Shown here piece by piece: positions 1 to 12,475 of a DNA stretch of 64,000 bases; position 1 is the stretch's first letter, and the number at the start of each line of letters is the position of its first letter. The notes below the pieces were generated by a model that made no database searches, had not been told where the DNA came from, and saw only the letters and a program-made list of their open reading frames with translations. The position numbers were made by a program, and so were the translations under genes. Source of the DNA: Chiloscyllium plagiosum (taxonomy: Eukaryota); assembly GCF_004010195.1 (NCBI RefSeq), contig NC_057718.1:34011363-34075362 (forward strand), read 5' to 3'.

Positions 1-72
1 CTGACCTGCTGTGCTGTTCCAGCAATAAAGTTTCAACTTTGATCTCCAGCATCTGCAGACCTCACTTTCTCC
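1..72 (+). mobile_element. Penelope-like element terminal repeat (pLTR) fragment, cut by window edge
   Basis: CTGACCTGCTGTGC...GATCTCCAGCATCTGCAGACCTCACTTTCTCC matches the repeat end at 14513-14583 and 49106-49176. Confidence 0.75.
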
Positions 73-79
73 AAGAACT

Positions 80-2161
80 TTCAAAAGTTGATTGAGTGTG
101 GATGTTCTCAGGTAAAGGGACGGCTGGAAAATGAGAAGCCTTCAAAAATGAGATAATGAGAGCCCAGAGACAGAATGTTCCCGTAAGGGGGAAAGGCAAG
201 CCTGGTAGATGTAGGGAATGCTGGATGAAGAGAGAAATTGAGGTTTTCATCAAGAAAACGAAGGAAGCATATGTCAGGTATAGACAGCAGAGATCAAGTG
301 AATCCTTAGAAGAGTATAAAGGCAGTAGGAGTATACTTAAGAGGGAAACCAGGAGAATAAAAAGGGTACATGAGTTGGCAAATAGAGTTAAGGATAATCC
401 AAAGGTATTTTATAAATACAATAAGGACTGATGGGTAACTAGGGAGAGAATAGGACCCCTCAAAGATCAGCAAGGCAGCCTCTGTGTGGAGCCACAGAAA
501 ATGGGGGAGATACCAAACAAATATTTTATATCAGTGTTTACTGTGGAGGACATGGAAAATACAGAATGTAGGGGAAAAAATGGTGACATCTTGAAAAATG
601 TCCATATTACAGAGGAGGAGGTGTTGGATGTTTGAGATACTTAAAAGTGGATAAATCCCCAGGACCTGATCATGTGTACTCTAGAACTCTGTGGGAAACT
701 AGGGAAGTGATTGCTGGGCCCTTACTGAGATATTTGTATCATCGATAGTCACAGGTGAGGTGCCGGAAGACTAGAGGTTGGCTAACGTGGTGCCACTGTT
801 TAAGAAAGGTAGTAAGGACAAGCCAGGGAAATATAGACCAGTGAGCCTGACGTCGGTGGTGGGCAAGTTGTTGGAGGAAATCCTGAGGGATGGGATTTAC
901 TTATATTTGGAAAGGCAAGGACTAATTAGGGATAGTCAAAATGGCTTTGTGCATGGGAAATCATGTCTCACTAATTTGATTGAGTTTTCTGAAGAAGTAA
1001 CAAAGAAGATTGATGAGGGCAGAGTAGTGGATGTGATCGACAAGGTTTCCTCATGGGAGACTGGTTAGCAAGGTTAGATCATATCGAATACCGGGAGAAC
1101 GAGCCGTTTGGTTACAGAACTGGCTCAAAGGTAGAAGACAGAGGGTTAGGTGGAGGGTTGCTTTTCAGATTGGAGGCTTGTGACCAGTGAACTGTCACAA
1201 GGATCAGTGCTGGGTCCACTACTTTTCATCATTTATATAAATGATTTGGATGTGAACATAAGTGGTATAGTTAGTAAGTTTGCAGATTACGCCAAAATTG
1301 GATGTGAAGTGGATTGTGAAGAAGGTTACCTCAGAGTACAATGGGATCTTGATCAAATGGGCCAATGGGCTGCGGAGTGGCAGATGGAGATTAATTTAAG
1401 ATAAATATGAGGTGCTGCAATTTGGGAAAGCAAATCAGGGCATGACTTGGTAGGTCCTGAGGAGTGTTGCTGAACAAAGAGACTTTGGAGTGCAGGTTCA
1501 TAGTTCCATGAAACTGGAGTCTCAGGTAGATAGGATAGTGAAGAATGCTTTCCTTTATTGGTCAGAGCATTGAGTATAGGAGTTGAGAGGTCATGTTGTG
1601 GCTATACAGGACATTGCTTAGGCCACTTTTGGAATATTGTGTGCAATTCTGGTTTCCTTCCTATTGGAAGGATTTTGTTTAACTTGGAAAGGTTCAGAAA
1701 AGATTTACAAGGATATTGCCAGAGTTGGAGGATTTGAGCTATAGGGAGAGGCTGAATAGACTGGGGCTGTTTTCCCTGGAGCATCGGAGGCTGAGGAGTG
1801 ACCTTATAGAGTTTATAAAATCATGAGGGGTATGGATAGAGTTATTAAACAAAGTCCTTTTCCCGGGGGTGGGGGAGTCTAGAATTAGAAAGCATAGGGG
1901 AAAGATATAAAAGGAATCTAACGAACAACGTTTTCACGCAGAGGGTGGTGCGTGTATGGAATGAGCTGCCAGAGGAAGTGTTGGAAGCTTATACAATTAC
2001 AACATTTAAAAGGCACCTGGATGTGTATATGAATAGGAAGGGTTTAGATGGACATGGGCCAAGTGCTGACAAATGGGACTAGATTAGTTTAGGATATCTG
2101 ATCGGCATGGACGTGTTGGACCGAAGGGTCTGTTTTTGTGCTGTATATCTCTATGACTCTA
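80..2161 (+). mobile_element. CR1/HER1-type LINE, 5'-truncated, decayed ORF2 (RT)
   Basis: ORF fragments [48 protein letters not shown]; frameshifts and stops; 3' end GGACCGAAGGGTCTG...CTATGACTCTA. Confidence 0.93.
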
Positions 2162-2412
2162 CCGGGTCTTCAAGCCACACTCTCTGAAAAGTACTTTCAT
2201 CAACAAAGCCAATCTTCCTAAGTGTAGTGATTGTAGTGATGTTAACCAGTGGACCTTACAAAATATAAGTTCCCTGATTGGGGCTGTTAATTTTGTCCAA
2301 TCAGGGAGCCCTGGCTGACAGGTAAAAACCAGGAGTGTCAGACATCCTTAGCACTCTGAGGGAGCTGGATCCGTGTCAAGGATGTTCCACGTGTAAATAA
2401 AGGGGGACTTGG

Positions 2413-3235
2413 TCACAGAGGCATACAGGAGGAGAAAGTGAGGACTGCAGATGCTGGAGATCAGAGCTGAAAATGTGTTGCTGGAAAAGCGCAGCAGGTC
2501 AGGCAGCATCCAAGGAGCAGGAGAATCGACGTTTCGGGCATGAGTCCTTCTTCAGGAATCTGTAGAGGGAGGAAGAGAGCTTCTTCAAGGAAGGCATCCT
2601 TGCAAGAGGATTCGCAGTAGGTTAAAATCTTCAAGGAGAAAGTGAGGACTGCAGATGCTGGAGATCAGAGCTGAAAATGTGTTGCTGGAAAAGCGCAGCA
2701 GGTCAGGCAGCATCCAAGGAGCAGGAGAATCGATGTTTCGGGCATGAGCCCTTCTTCAGGAATGGAGGCATACAACATAGAGGCATACACCAAAGAAATA
2801 GACTCTTAAGTCTAATTTGTCCATGCTGACCAGATTTCCCAAATGTAACAAGTCCCATTTGCCTGCATTTGGCCCATATCCTTCTAAAGCTTTCCTATCC
2901 ATGTATCTGTCCAAATGTATTTTTAATGTTGTAACTGTTCCTGCCTCTACCACTTCCTCTGGCAGTTCATTCTACACACAAATCACCATCTGTGTGAAAA
3001 GACTGGCCTCAGGTCCCTTTTAAATCTTGCCCTTCACTTTAAACCCATGCCCTCTAGTTTGGACTCCCCTACCTGCGGAAAATACTTTGGCTATTCACCT
3101 TATCTATGTCCCTCATGATTTTATAGATGTGTATAAGGTCATTTCACAGCCTCCCACACTCAAGGGAACAAAGTCCCAGCGTTTCCTTATAACTCAAACC
3201 TTCTAGTCTCAGTAACCTTTTCTCAGTAAATCTTA
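2413..3235 (-). mobile_element. CR1/HER1 3' fragment inserted in the 5' LTR
   Basis: Reverse complement resembles the CR1 3' end at 1780-2160 (VEAGTVTTLKIHLDRYMDRKALEGYGPNAGKWD). Confidence 0.85.
2431..2763 (-). mobile_element. Tandem pair of Penelope-like terminal repeats (129-bp units at 2431-2559 and 2635-2763, period 204)
   Basis: Two near-identical direct copies, each with a hammerhead-like core on the minus strand; GAGGCATACA at 2418-2427 and 2765-2774 flanks the insertion. Confidence 0.85.
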
Positions 3236-4203
3236 TAGGATACCGACACTCTGTGGAGTTATTTTGAGCGGTGACGAGAGTAAAGCAATTACCTGATGAA
3301 ATTTGCTCGCAACAGTCGTCTTTTTACTGGGGTAAGCATTTCTGGCGTCATGCCATAATTTGGGAAGCTTGATTCCTTCAATCCTGCTGTCGAAGAGTGT
3401 GTTATATTTTCTGGGTAAATGACATTGGGGCAGATGAAAAGCAATGAGTAATTGGCCTGACACACCTAGGACCCATAGCTTTTTAGGAGCTTAAACTTTC
3501 CCTGAGACACCAGATATTAAAACCTTTCAAGAGTTGATGAATTTAGTTAATTCTGAAATGCTATCAGTTTTACTCAGCAATTCAAGAACCAGGGGAATCC
3601 AGATCAGGATTTTTGACTAGTTTAAGACAACTGGAAGAAGCATGTGACTTTGGTTTAACCCTTAATGAGATGCGGAGAGACCTTTTGACATGTGGGATTA
3701 ATGATGTAACCAAGTAAAAGCAGCTACTAGCTAAGGCCTAACTGGACTTCATACAGACACTATAACTGGCTTTATCATTAGAAAATGTGGCAAGTGGAGC
3801 ATGAGCTGTACAGTATTCTAATGGAGGTGGACATTCTCGCCAGTCTGACAGCTTGGGGAGCACCAATTGGTGAGGCAATTGTATTGCCTCTCTCAGGACA
3901 TATCGTGAACAGAGGGACTCTTGGTCAGCCCACAGTAAAAACCCAAAACAAAGCCAAACCTCAGCGCAACAGTTAACATTTTCTTCATGATCCAGGCTGG
4001 CAAGCCATTGTAGTTGCTGCCAGTATGCAGACTCGATAGCAGAAGAGTCCCACTAGACCTATATTGAGTAAGAGAATTCATAGCCCTGTATCCAGGAGAG
4101 TGCAGACCCTGGAAAGTCCACCTACATTTGATTTGGAACAGTTGAATTGCTTAGCAACATCCAAATCAGAATCAAAATGGTCACCCAGTTCTAATGGAGG
4201 TCA

Positions 4204-4330
4204 GAGAAACATAGAAGATTGGAGCAGCAGGAGGCCATTCAGCCCTTCGAGCCTGCTCATCTCTTCATCATAATCATGTCTAAACGTCCAATTCAATGGC
4301 CTAATCCTGCTTTCTCCTCATAACCTTTGA
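4204..4330 (-). mobile_element. Short CR1-type 3' tail fragment inserted in the LTR element's protease remnant
   Basis: AGAAACATAGAAGATTGGAGCAG..GGCCATTCAGCCCTTCGAGCCTGCTC resembles the tail at 50616-50670; host reads ATGGAGGT|TGATACT across it. Confidence 0.7.
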
Positions 4331-4879
4331 GGTTGATACTAGCACAACCATTTCAGTGAACGCAGAACCAATCTTCAACAAAATTCGCTCTGGACTCCAA
4401 CCCTTAAATTCGCACAAGAACTTGGCTAGACTGAGAACCTATACCAGGGAACTTTTACAGATTAAGTGTACAAATTCAGTTCTGGTCTCTTGCGAGGAGC
4501 AGCTGTTTCGGTCAGTACTGATTCTCCTAAAAGGCTCAAGCTTGATGGGGTGAAAATGTTTGAGAAAAACTCACCTAGATTGGTTTAACATTCTTCAATC
4601 AGAAAATGGCTGCCTGACTGAAGTCCTAATTAGATACCAGGACGTCACCTCTGAATCTGAGGTGGACACAGCGAAGTCGCCGTTTCAACACTTTTGTCAC
4701 CTGGAGAAGAGAGTGAATTTCTTCTGAGATGCTCTGGGTGCAAGAGGCGAGCGACTGTGTGTTACACGCTGCCCATGTTCAAGGCAGAGTTTGAGGAACC
4801 TGACCGAGTGCTAAAATGCCGCAGGAGGAGTTACCACAAAAAGAACAGGCCCTTGTCCTCAGACTCCGAGAAGGAAGGA

Positions 4880-5114
4880 TGCAGTGATTGTAACAAGGTC
4901 AGCCAGGTGGACCTTATAGAGTATGAGTTTCCTGATTGGGGTAGTTAATCTGGTCCAAATAAGGAGCCCCAGCTGACAGATGAAAACAGGAGTGTCAGAC
5001 ATCCTGTTCACTCTGCAGCCTGGCTCAAGGGAGCTGGGTCAATGTCGAGGATTTTCCATGTGTTAATTAAGGATGACCTGGTGATGGGAAACTGGCCTCT
5101 GTGGAGTTATTTCA
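4880..5114 (+). repeat. 3' LTR (~235 bp)
   Basis: Starts TG right after the polypurine tract, ends CA, followed by TSD CTAAG. Confidence 0.88.
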
Positions 5115-6118
5115 CTAAGAATAATAGGTTTGATAAATTATCTACTACCCATACTTTAGAGCTATTGTTTTTCAAAATTATGACTAATTGCTACATTTTA
5201 ACAAATATTAATACACTCAGACTGGCATGCTCGTGCAATTTGGCTAGAAATGAATTGTATGCTATAAATTCATGAAAAGGTCTCGAAGAGATTATGTTCT
5301 GTCAGTTTAAAGAAGTTAGTTCTCTCTGGCATCAGAATACATTTGTAAATCTTAGAAACCTAATATTCTTATAACGCACATTTTAAATAGCTGTTTAATA
5401 GCTTCAAATCCAAAGCAAAAGATATCATGAATTTTCTAGTAAACGATTAGTGCTGTTGGTATGTTTGTGATGAGAATAAGTGATAGAATAAGTGATAGAT
5501 TAGATGAACAGGAACTAATCTCTGCCTCCAGATTGTTGGAGATTAGAGATCTCACTTCCTGGGGTTGGAGCATCTTTGGATTGGATTAAATATTTAGCCA
5601 CTGGAGATGTGCTTCAATCAAGGTGCAAGGGCTCTGACGCCTTCAACCTAAATGAAGAGTTAGCATTTCAACTATTATGCTTTACCATATTTTGATGATA
5701 ACACCAAGTGAAAACCCAATCTTTCAATCTTACAAATCCTTGCAGAGATGTCTAGAATGATTAGAAATACATCCAAAGGTAGAAAAATGTTCAAAGGTTT
5801 TATTAAATCAGGAACGCATAAAAGATATATTTCTCCATGTACTAGGACCCATGACTATCTGATTAAGAAATTCAGTACTCCCTGATGCTAAATTTATTGA
5901 TCACAAAAATGAAATACCATTTTACTAAAGGTTTCTTGCCTGACATTATATGACTTTATGACAGTGTAACTTCTATTGCTATGAACCTGATATTAGAAAC
6001 CAAAGCAAGTAAATCTGAGTTTGACAATTAATTTGCATGATTTTCTTGTTAGCAGTTCTTGAAAATCAAAGCTTGTTGGCAAAACTACAGACTTAGAATT
6101 ACTTTTGGCTCTCCCAAT

Positions 6119-6254
6119 CACAGTCATACAGCATGGAAACAGACTCTTCAGTCCAACCAGTCCATGCCAAACATAATTCCAACTGAAGTAGTCCCATCTG
6201 CCTGCACTAGGCCCATATCCCTCCAAACATTTCTTATTCATGCACTTATCCAAG
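6119..6254 (-). mobile_element. CR1/HER1 3' tail fragment
   Basis: Minus-strand MNKKCLEGYGPSAGRWD and tail CTGTATGACTG. Confidence 0.75.
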
Positions 6255-7197
6255 TCACTATGGGCTGAATTTTTTGCTCCTATGGTGGGTAGATCAGGTC
6301 AAGAAATTTCCAGGCTCAATGCAGCCACCTTGTGATAAACCTATCCTGAGCGGCACAACTCCCTTTCAATATTTACTTCTTTAGTGAAGTATTCAGTTTC
6401 TCCTATTGAATTTTTAAAGTGCTGATGTCATCTTTTTGCACTAAAGATGCTTAACATTACAAGTTGTTGTTGATTAAGAAAACCTAAAGACAATCCCTTT
6501 TCAATGGTTATCAAGAGTGCTCTTTTCCATCAATGTGGCATCTGTTCTAAATGACAGGATTCAGATTGGGAGGTTAATATGCATAAAGTTACATTGGTTC
6601 ACCTGAATTATATCACATAATCTATCAGATCTTCGGCACCAAAATTGTTAACTATGGAAGCAACAGGTTAAAAACCAACATAAGAGATTAAATATTCCAC
6701 AAAGGAACCAACCACTTGTTATTATGCCACATTTACCTCATACTAATTTGATTGTTTTTAAAGAACATTATTACTCTTTCATAATATATTCTTTATTTGA
6801 AACACTAAATAATGATTTGTACCCAATTCAGCTTAAATGTTAAAATAGCATGAAATTTTATCATAGGAGTTCTGATCAATATATTCCAGCTCATAAATAT
6901 TTCAGTTTCCTTTATGATCAGCACTTCTAATAATTAAATAGTTTTGTGCCTCTAAGGTGCAGTTTCAAAATGACAATTTAACGAAGTTTCATTAAGAATA
7001 GAATTCATATTCCTCGCTGATTAACAAGGTGACTTGAGCAGAACTTAGAAACCAGCATATTTAACTCTGATCCAAAGGAAATTTTAAAAAAACTTTATGA
7101 ATAAGTCTACTCATTGACTCTGAAAAAGATGATCATTTAGTAGGATAAAATGTCAGTAAGATGGAATGGTTCTTAAGGTTAACCATCTTCATATTCT

Positions 7198-7735
7198 GGA
7201 GAAAGTGAGGACTGCAGATGCTGGAGATCAGAGTTGAAAATTGTGGAGCTGGAAAAGCACAGCAGGTCAGGCAGCTTCCGAGGTGCCCTATGTCCAAACA
7301 TTTCAACTCCCCCTCCCACTCTGCCAAGGACATGCAAGTCCTGGGCCTCCTCCACTGCCAAATCCAAGCCACCCGACGCCTGGAGGAAGAACGCCTCATC
7401 TACCGCTTTGGGACCCTCTAACCACACGGCATCAACATCGACTCCACCCATCCCAGATCCAACCTTCTAACTCAGCAACACCCTCTTAAACTGTCCGACC
7501 TGGCCATCTTCCTTCTCATCTATTTGCTCCAACCTTTCCTCCACCCTAATACTATCACCTCCCCACCTGCATCCACCTACCGCCTTCCCAGATATCTACC
7601 CCGCCGACACCACCCCTACCCCCACCTCCACTTTTCTGTTTATCTATCAGTCCCTTTCCCCATTCCGCACCCCACTGTTCTCCTGTTCCTTAGATGCTGC
7701 CTGACCTGCTGTGTTTTTCCAGCTTCACACTTTTC
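7198..7735 (+). mobile_element. Penelope-like element fragment with inverted 5' pLTR piece (7198-~7283 minus) and GIY-YIG C-terminal remnant
   Basis: HFNSPSHSAKDMQVLGLLHC...RRLEEERLIYRFGTL, followed by a C-rich tract and the pLTR end. Confidence 0.82.
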
Positions 7736-8073
7736 AAGATCTTCATATTTTGGTCAAGTAACAGGTTTTATAAAAATTATATCTTTTGTTACACAACAAT
7801 CGAAAAACAAATCATAAAATACAGAATGTTTAGGACTGCTGTTTTAGCTTTTAGATATTTGGTTGAATCAGGTTTTATTTTTACATACTGCATTTGATTC
7901 TTTATTCAAAAATACCTGAGGAACATCTCCACCAAAAATGTGTGGGACTCCCATCTTTGATTATTATAGCCATAGATTTGCAGTGAAATTGTTGTCAAAC
8001 CTTGTTTACATTTGGTCCAATAGCAAATAGCCACTGCTACATATTCATTCTAGATGTATATGTACATATGTGA

Positions 8074-8096
8074 ATATATATATATATATATATATA
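8074..8096. repeat. (TA)n microsatellite
   Basis: Direct reading. Confidence 0.9.
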
Positions 8097-10244
8097 ATTC
8101 TCAATTGCACACCTAAAACTGAAAATGTAAAACTTTTAATAAATATTTAAGGGAGAGATGGTGGACATTGAGACAGGATTGAGAATTTAATATTATTGGT
8201 TATTACATTTTTGGGAGATTGGGAAAGAAAATTGACAAGGGGCATTGTTGATGAAGGGTTCTATCTCAGCATTAAAATGTAAAGAAATCCCTGAAAACTG
8301 TATTAAGACAAAATCCACATGGAAAAAAGGAATAACTAGAAAAATAAATGCTGAAGTTCTACATGTGCATTATAGGCTGCCAAGCAATTGAAATGATAGA
8401 AGTGAAGATCTTCAAGGAGCTCAGAGAGAAAGCAATATATTATATGACTTTATCAAAGATAAAGTTTGGAAGACTATAGTATAATGGATGTAGTCATTGT
8501 GCTCAATAATTTCTATATGTCTAGATTTGTACATTTATGATCCAGTTAGAAAAGCAACGTTCAATTTATTTCTAGGAAATTAAGTAGCGTAAACAGCTGA
8601 GAGAATGGGAAGACAGTTGGAGAATAGGAAAGTTGGAAATAGTTAAGTTCAGTCAAGGACAATAAAAAGTGAAAGTTAAAGCTGCTGGACAAAGTTCAAT
8701 GAGTTAAAAGAGTATCTGGTCCAAGTAAATGAAAGGAAGTACTTGGCTCAACTGTTTAACAAATATAATAGGTACAGATTTAACAGGATCTTATTTTACA
8801 TAGTTTTGCTTTAATGTTAATCAGTTAATGGGACCTATATTCTCATTTAGCTTTGCAGTGTTTGTTTTAAAGTTGTTGCACACCAGTCTGATGTACAACC
8901 ACGTGACCAATCAGTGCCAATTGGAACAAGCTCTCCTGTTCCTTGACTGCCCACTCTCTGACTTGCAACCCCTGCTTCTGCTTAACTCAACCAATTGCTA
9001 CCAGCACAATGGCTTATGGCCTCTCCCAATCCCAAATCGACCTCATGCTGCCATATCCCTAACTTATGACATGTTCCACTGTCTAACTCAATCTTGTGCT
9101 GCCAGCCTTCAAAGTTGTGGATTTATCCAGTCCCACGGATTAGACAAGAGGACGCAAACTGAAGGGTCAGCAAGTGAAGCAGTATGCAGTGAACAGGAAG
9201 ACCATAGAAACACATGTGGCAAGCTGAAGATTCCGGAAGTAGGATTAGCAATGAGTAAGATCAGAAGTAAATGGTAAGTAGAAAGCTACCATATTGTATT
9301 TCTCTATATTTTTAATCGTAGTTTGTTTTAAAAGTTATTTCATTTAATAGGAATTTAGTAACATAAAGTATTTCCACTCACAGAATGTAATATTTTCACA
9401 GGATTATTTTTCTGATGAGCAAGGCTGGAAAGAACTTAATTACAGTTTTTATTTTGACTTTAATGGAAAGATATAATTTGCTTCAAGTTATTCTATTTAA
9501 AACAGCACTTCTCAGGACTACAACTTTATGGGAGAACTCACTGCAAAAATGTACAAAGTACAAAGTAAATTTAATTCTGAAGGGAAAAGGATGGCACATC
9601 AAAGTATAAAGTTTGTTGAGTAATCAAAATAAAACTGAAGTTTAAAAATGAAACAAATATTAAAGTATGGGTTAACAGCACATAAGACAATCTCAAGTCA
9701 CGTGGACAATATTCTAGGGAGATGAAAATAAATGGGTGAAAGCGAATATGAGTAATGCTAGGCAATAAATTGCAACAATAGCTTTTATAAGCATGTGAAA
9801 GTTTTGAAGGTTAGCAGCAACATTCCCTCTCGGCCATGCAGCGTCCCAGAAGTTCCCACACAGATCATGCACAGATTGGCCCCTTCAAATTGCAAAGCCG
9901 CACAAAAATAAAAAAAAATAAGTGGTCAAAAGGATAAACTGGGCAATTATAGAGGAAGAAATATTTTGAGCTCAGCAATCCTTCATCCCAACTGAAATCA
10001 GCTGTGAAATGGAGCAATTTAAGTTGATGATGGGGATTGGGGTTGGGTTAACAAGTGAGATGCATAAATGGTGCCTCGAGAGAGAGAAAAGAAAGGGAAG
10101 CAGAAGCACACAAAGGGATTGTTGGTAATAAGTCAGCGAAGAAGAGGAACCAAATGATTGATAACAGGGACTATGAGTAATTGAAAAGAGCAACCCACAT
10201 AGGACAGAACATGTCAACGTGGGTGTAGGTAACATGGAGATGAT

Positions 10245-11660
10245 GTTCTGAAGAAGATTCTGGAGAAGGGTTACTGGACTCGAAATGTTAACTCTGATTT
10301 CTCTGCACAGATGCTGCCAGAATTGTTGGGTTTCTCCAGCAAGTTCTGTTTTTGATTTTGTTTCTGATTTCCAGCATCCACAGTTCTTTCTTTTATTAGA
10401 TATGGAAGATGTACTCATACTCTGAAAATGTTAAACTCAATGTTGAGTCCTGAAGGCTGTAAGGTACTGAGGTGAAAGATGAGGTGTTGTTCTTCTAGCT
10501 TGTGCTGAGCTTCGCTGGAGCACTGCAGCAAGCCTGAGTCAGAGGTGTTAGCCAGGGAACAGAGTGGTGTGTTAAAGTGGCAGGCAAGTGGAAGCTCAGG
10601 GTTATTTTTACAGGCAGAACATACAGGAAAACAGTCACCAATCTCTGCCAGCGTAGAGAAGACCACATTGTGAGCAGTGAGTACGGTAGACTAGTGTGAA
10701 AGAAGTATAGGTAAATCACTGCTTCACCTGGGAGTTGTGTTTGGAGCCTTGGATAGTGAGGAGGAAGGAAAGTAAACAGGTAGGTGCTACATCTTATGTG
10801 GTTGCATGGGAACATGCTGGAAGGGTGTTGGGGGGGGGGAGCGGGTGGGTGTGGGAATGGAGGTGGAGTGGGCCAGGATGTCCAGACGGAATGGCCCCTG
10901 CAGAATGCTGACAAAGGAGGGGAGGAGAATATGTGCCGGTTGGCAACACCTCACTGGAGGTGACGGAAATGGCAACTTACGATGTTTTAGATTTTGAATC
11001 TGGTGGAATGGTAAGTGAGGACCAAGGAGACCTCCCACATTGATGTTGTGGGAGGGAAGATGTGAGGGCAGAAGTGTGGGAAATAGGTTCAACATGGCTG
11101 ATGAACCTGTCAACTATGGTGGTGAGGAATCTTGGCTCGAGGTAAAAGGTGGGCATCTCTGAGAGCCCCTGTGGAAAGTGGCATCATCAGAACAGATGCA
11201 TCGGAGATAGAGAAACTGGAAAAATGGAGTAGAACTTGGCCAGGCAGAGGAGGGTGGTGGTGGATGGGGACAGTTCAGGCATTTGTTCAAGGAAGAAGCT
11301 GAGAGCCCTATGATCATCCCAATGGGGGATGGAAATATAAAGAGATTGCATGTCCACGTGAAAAGGAGCCAGCTGAGGCCCATAAACAGGAAATTTTCAA
11401 ACAGACACAAATCATCAAATGAATCACAGATGTAAGAAGGAAAAGACTAGACAAAGGGGAGAAAATTCAAATCAAGGTAGGAAGGAGTAAGTTCTGTGGG
11501 ACAGCAACAATAGGAACTGCTCGGGCAGTCCTGTTTGTGGATTTTATGGAAAAGGTAAGATCGGGCCTGTATGATACGAACCAAAACAGAGAGTGCTTGA
11601 GAAACTCAGTAGGTCTGGCAGCATCTGTGAAGAGAAAAACAGAGTTAATGCTTCAAGTCT
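10245..11660 (-). mobile_element. Decayed Penelope-like element (second pLTR family): + strand pLTR 10245-10395, minus-strand body ~10405-11570, pLTR piece ~11580-11660
   Basis: Minus-strand ACHFNTP..GLLQCSSEAQHKLEEQHLIFHLSTLQPSGLNIEF (GIY-YIG region) and FQFLYLRCICSDDATF (typical PLE post-RT region); hammerhead-like core 10260-10289. Confidence 0.8.
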
Positions 11661-11681
11661 GAAACAAATCTATTATGCTTT

Positions 11682-12041
11682 GATGAGATATGGGCATCGC
11701 TGGCAAGACTAGCATTTGTGGCCCATTCCTAATTGCCTTTGAACTGAGTGATTGCTGGGTCATCTCAGAGGGCAATCAATCCCATTGTTATAGAGCTGGA
11801 GTCACAGGTAGGCAAAACCAAGTAAGGATGGCAGATTTTCTTCCCTAAAGGACACCAGTGAACCAGATGAGTTTTTATGATGATTGATGGTGATGTCATG
11901 ATTACCATTACTGAGCCAAGCTTTCAATTCCAGCTTTATTAATTGCGTTTAAATTCCGCCAGCTGATATGATGGGACTTGAATATATGTGCCGAGAGAAT
12001 TGGCCTTGGGCTGTGGTTTACTAGTCCAATAATATTACCAT
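11682..12041 (-). mobile_element. tRNA-type SINE, second family
   Basis: Homologous to 62880-63240 (-) and 48093-48345 (+); core TGTGACTCCAG...TGCCCTCTGA; tail GGCAATTAGGAATGGGCCACAAATGCT. Confidence 0.7.
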
Positions 12042-12475
12042 TTTGAATCTAGAATGTGAATTAAAATTAGTAAGCATTTAACTATGAATATATTGGTTAA
12101 TGAAGGGCAGCCTGCAAACATGTTAAAAAAAAGTCATGCTTGAAAACAAAGTGACCAGTTGAAGAAATGAAACGCAGTAGAATGTTTTTACTTCAGAAGG
12201 TATTCAAGGAGATCACTCATAAGAAGCTTTTTTGAAAAAAAAAACATTTTTGCGGTGTTACTTCTGACTTCCTGTACATCAGCTCAGCAACATTAATGGG
12301 TCTGAATTAATTCTTTCCCTTAGTGTCTGTTTCCGGATTAGATTGGCTACTTCAGACATCTGTATAACTTGCTGTGACAAGTCACTCTTGACATTTTCCC
12401 TTTAATGTTTCCTTGGTTTCCCTCACCTTCTTGTTCCACATACCTCTATATGTCGATGTTACCTTTCCTGAAATG

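Larger units (their letters stand above)
2223..3267 (+). repeat. 5' LTR, interrupted at ~2413-3235 by nested insertions
   Basis: 2223-2412 and ~3236-3267 align with 4880-5114 (CCTGATTGGGG, CAGGAGTGTCAGACATCCT, CTCTGTGGAGTTATTT). Confidence 0.82.
2223..5114 (+). mobile_element. Gypsy-type LTR retrotransposon, internally deleted (gag and protease remnants, no RT/IN seen)
   Basis: Two homologous LTRs (TG...CA); 5-bp TSD CTAAG at 2218-2222 and 5115-5119; PBS-like GCGGTGACGAG ~3268-3278; PPT GAGAAGGAAGGA 4868-4879; gag-like QEPGES..FL..LRQL..CDFG..LNEM.RD.L.CGIND ~3583-3705; protease-like MEVDTS split by an insertion. Confidence 0.88.

Noticed and set aside
2431..2763. CRISPR-like repeat-spacer pattern
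   Set aside because: Eukaryotic DNA; only two 129-bp units that belong to a dispersed retroelement terminus
5474..5498. Short tandem duplication (GAATAAGTGATA x2); similar ACAGTAACAGAT x2 near 30456-30485
   Set aside because: Ordinary local slippage with no further structure
5532..5625. Exon-like segment (CTCTGCCTCCAG acceptor, short open frame, AG|GT)
   Set aside because: Weak donor, no recognisable peptide, no partner exons
8828..9282. 149-aa ORF ending near a good splice donor (ATGGTAAGTA); considered as an exon of an upstream gene such as THADA, the mammalian neighbour
   Set aside because: No similarity to THADA or any protein I recognise; a tBLASTn search would be needed
9813..9905. 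Possible hAT-like terminal sequence (CAACATTCCCTCT)
   Set aside because: No clear matching second TIR or TSD found
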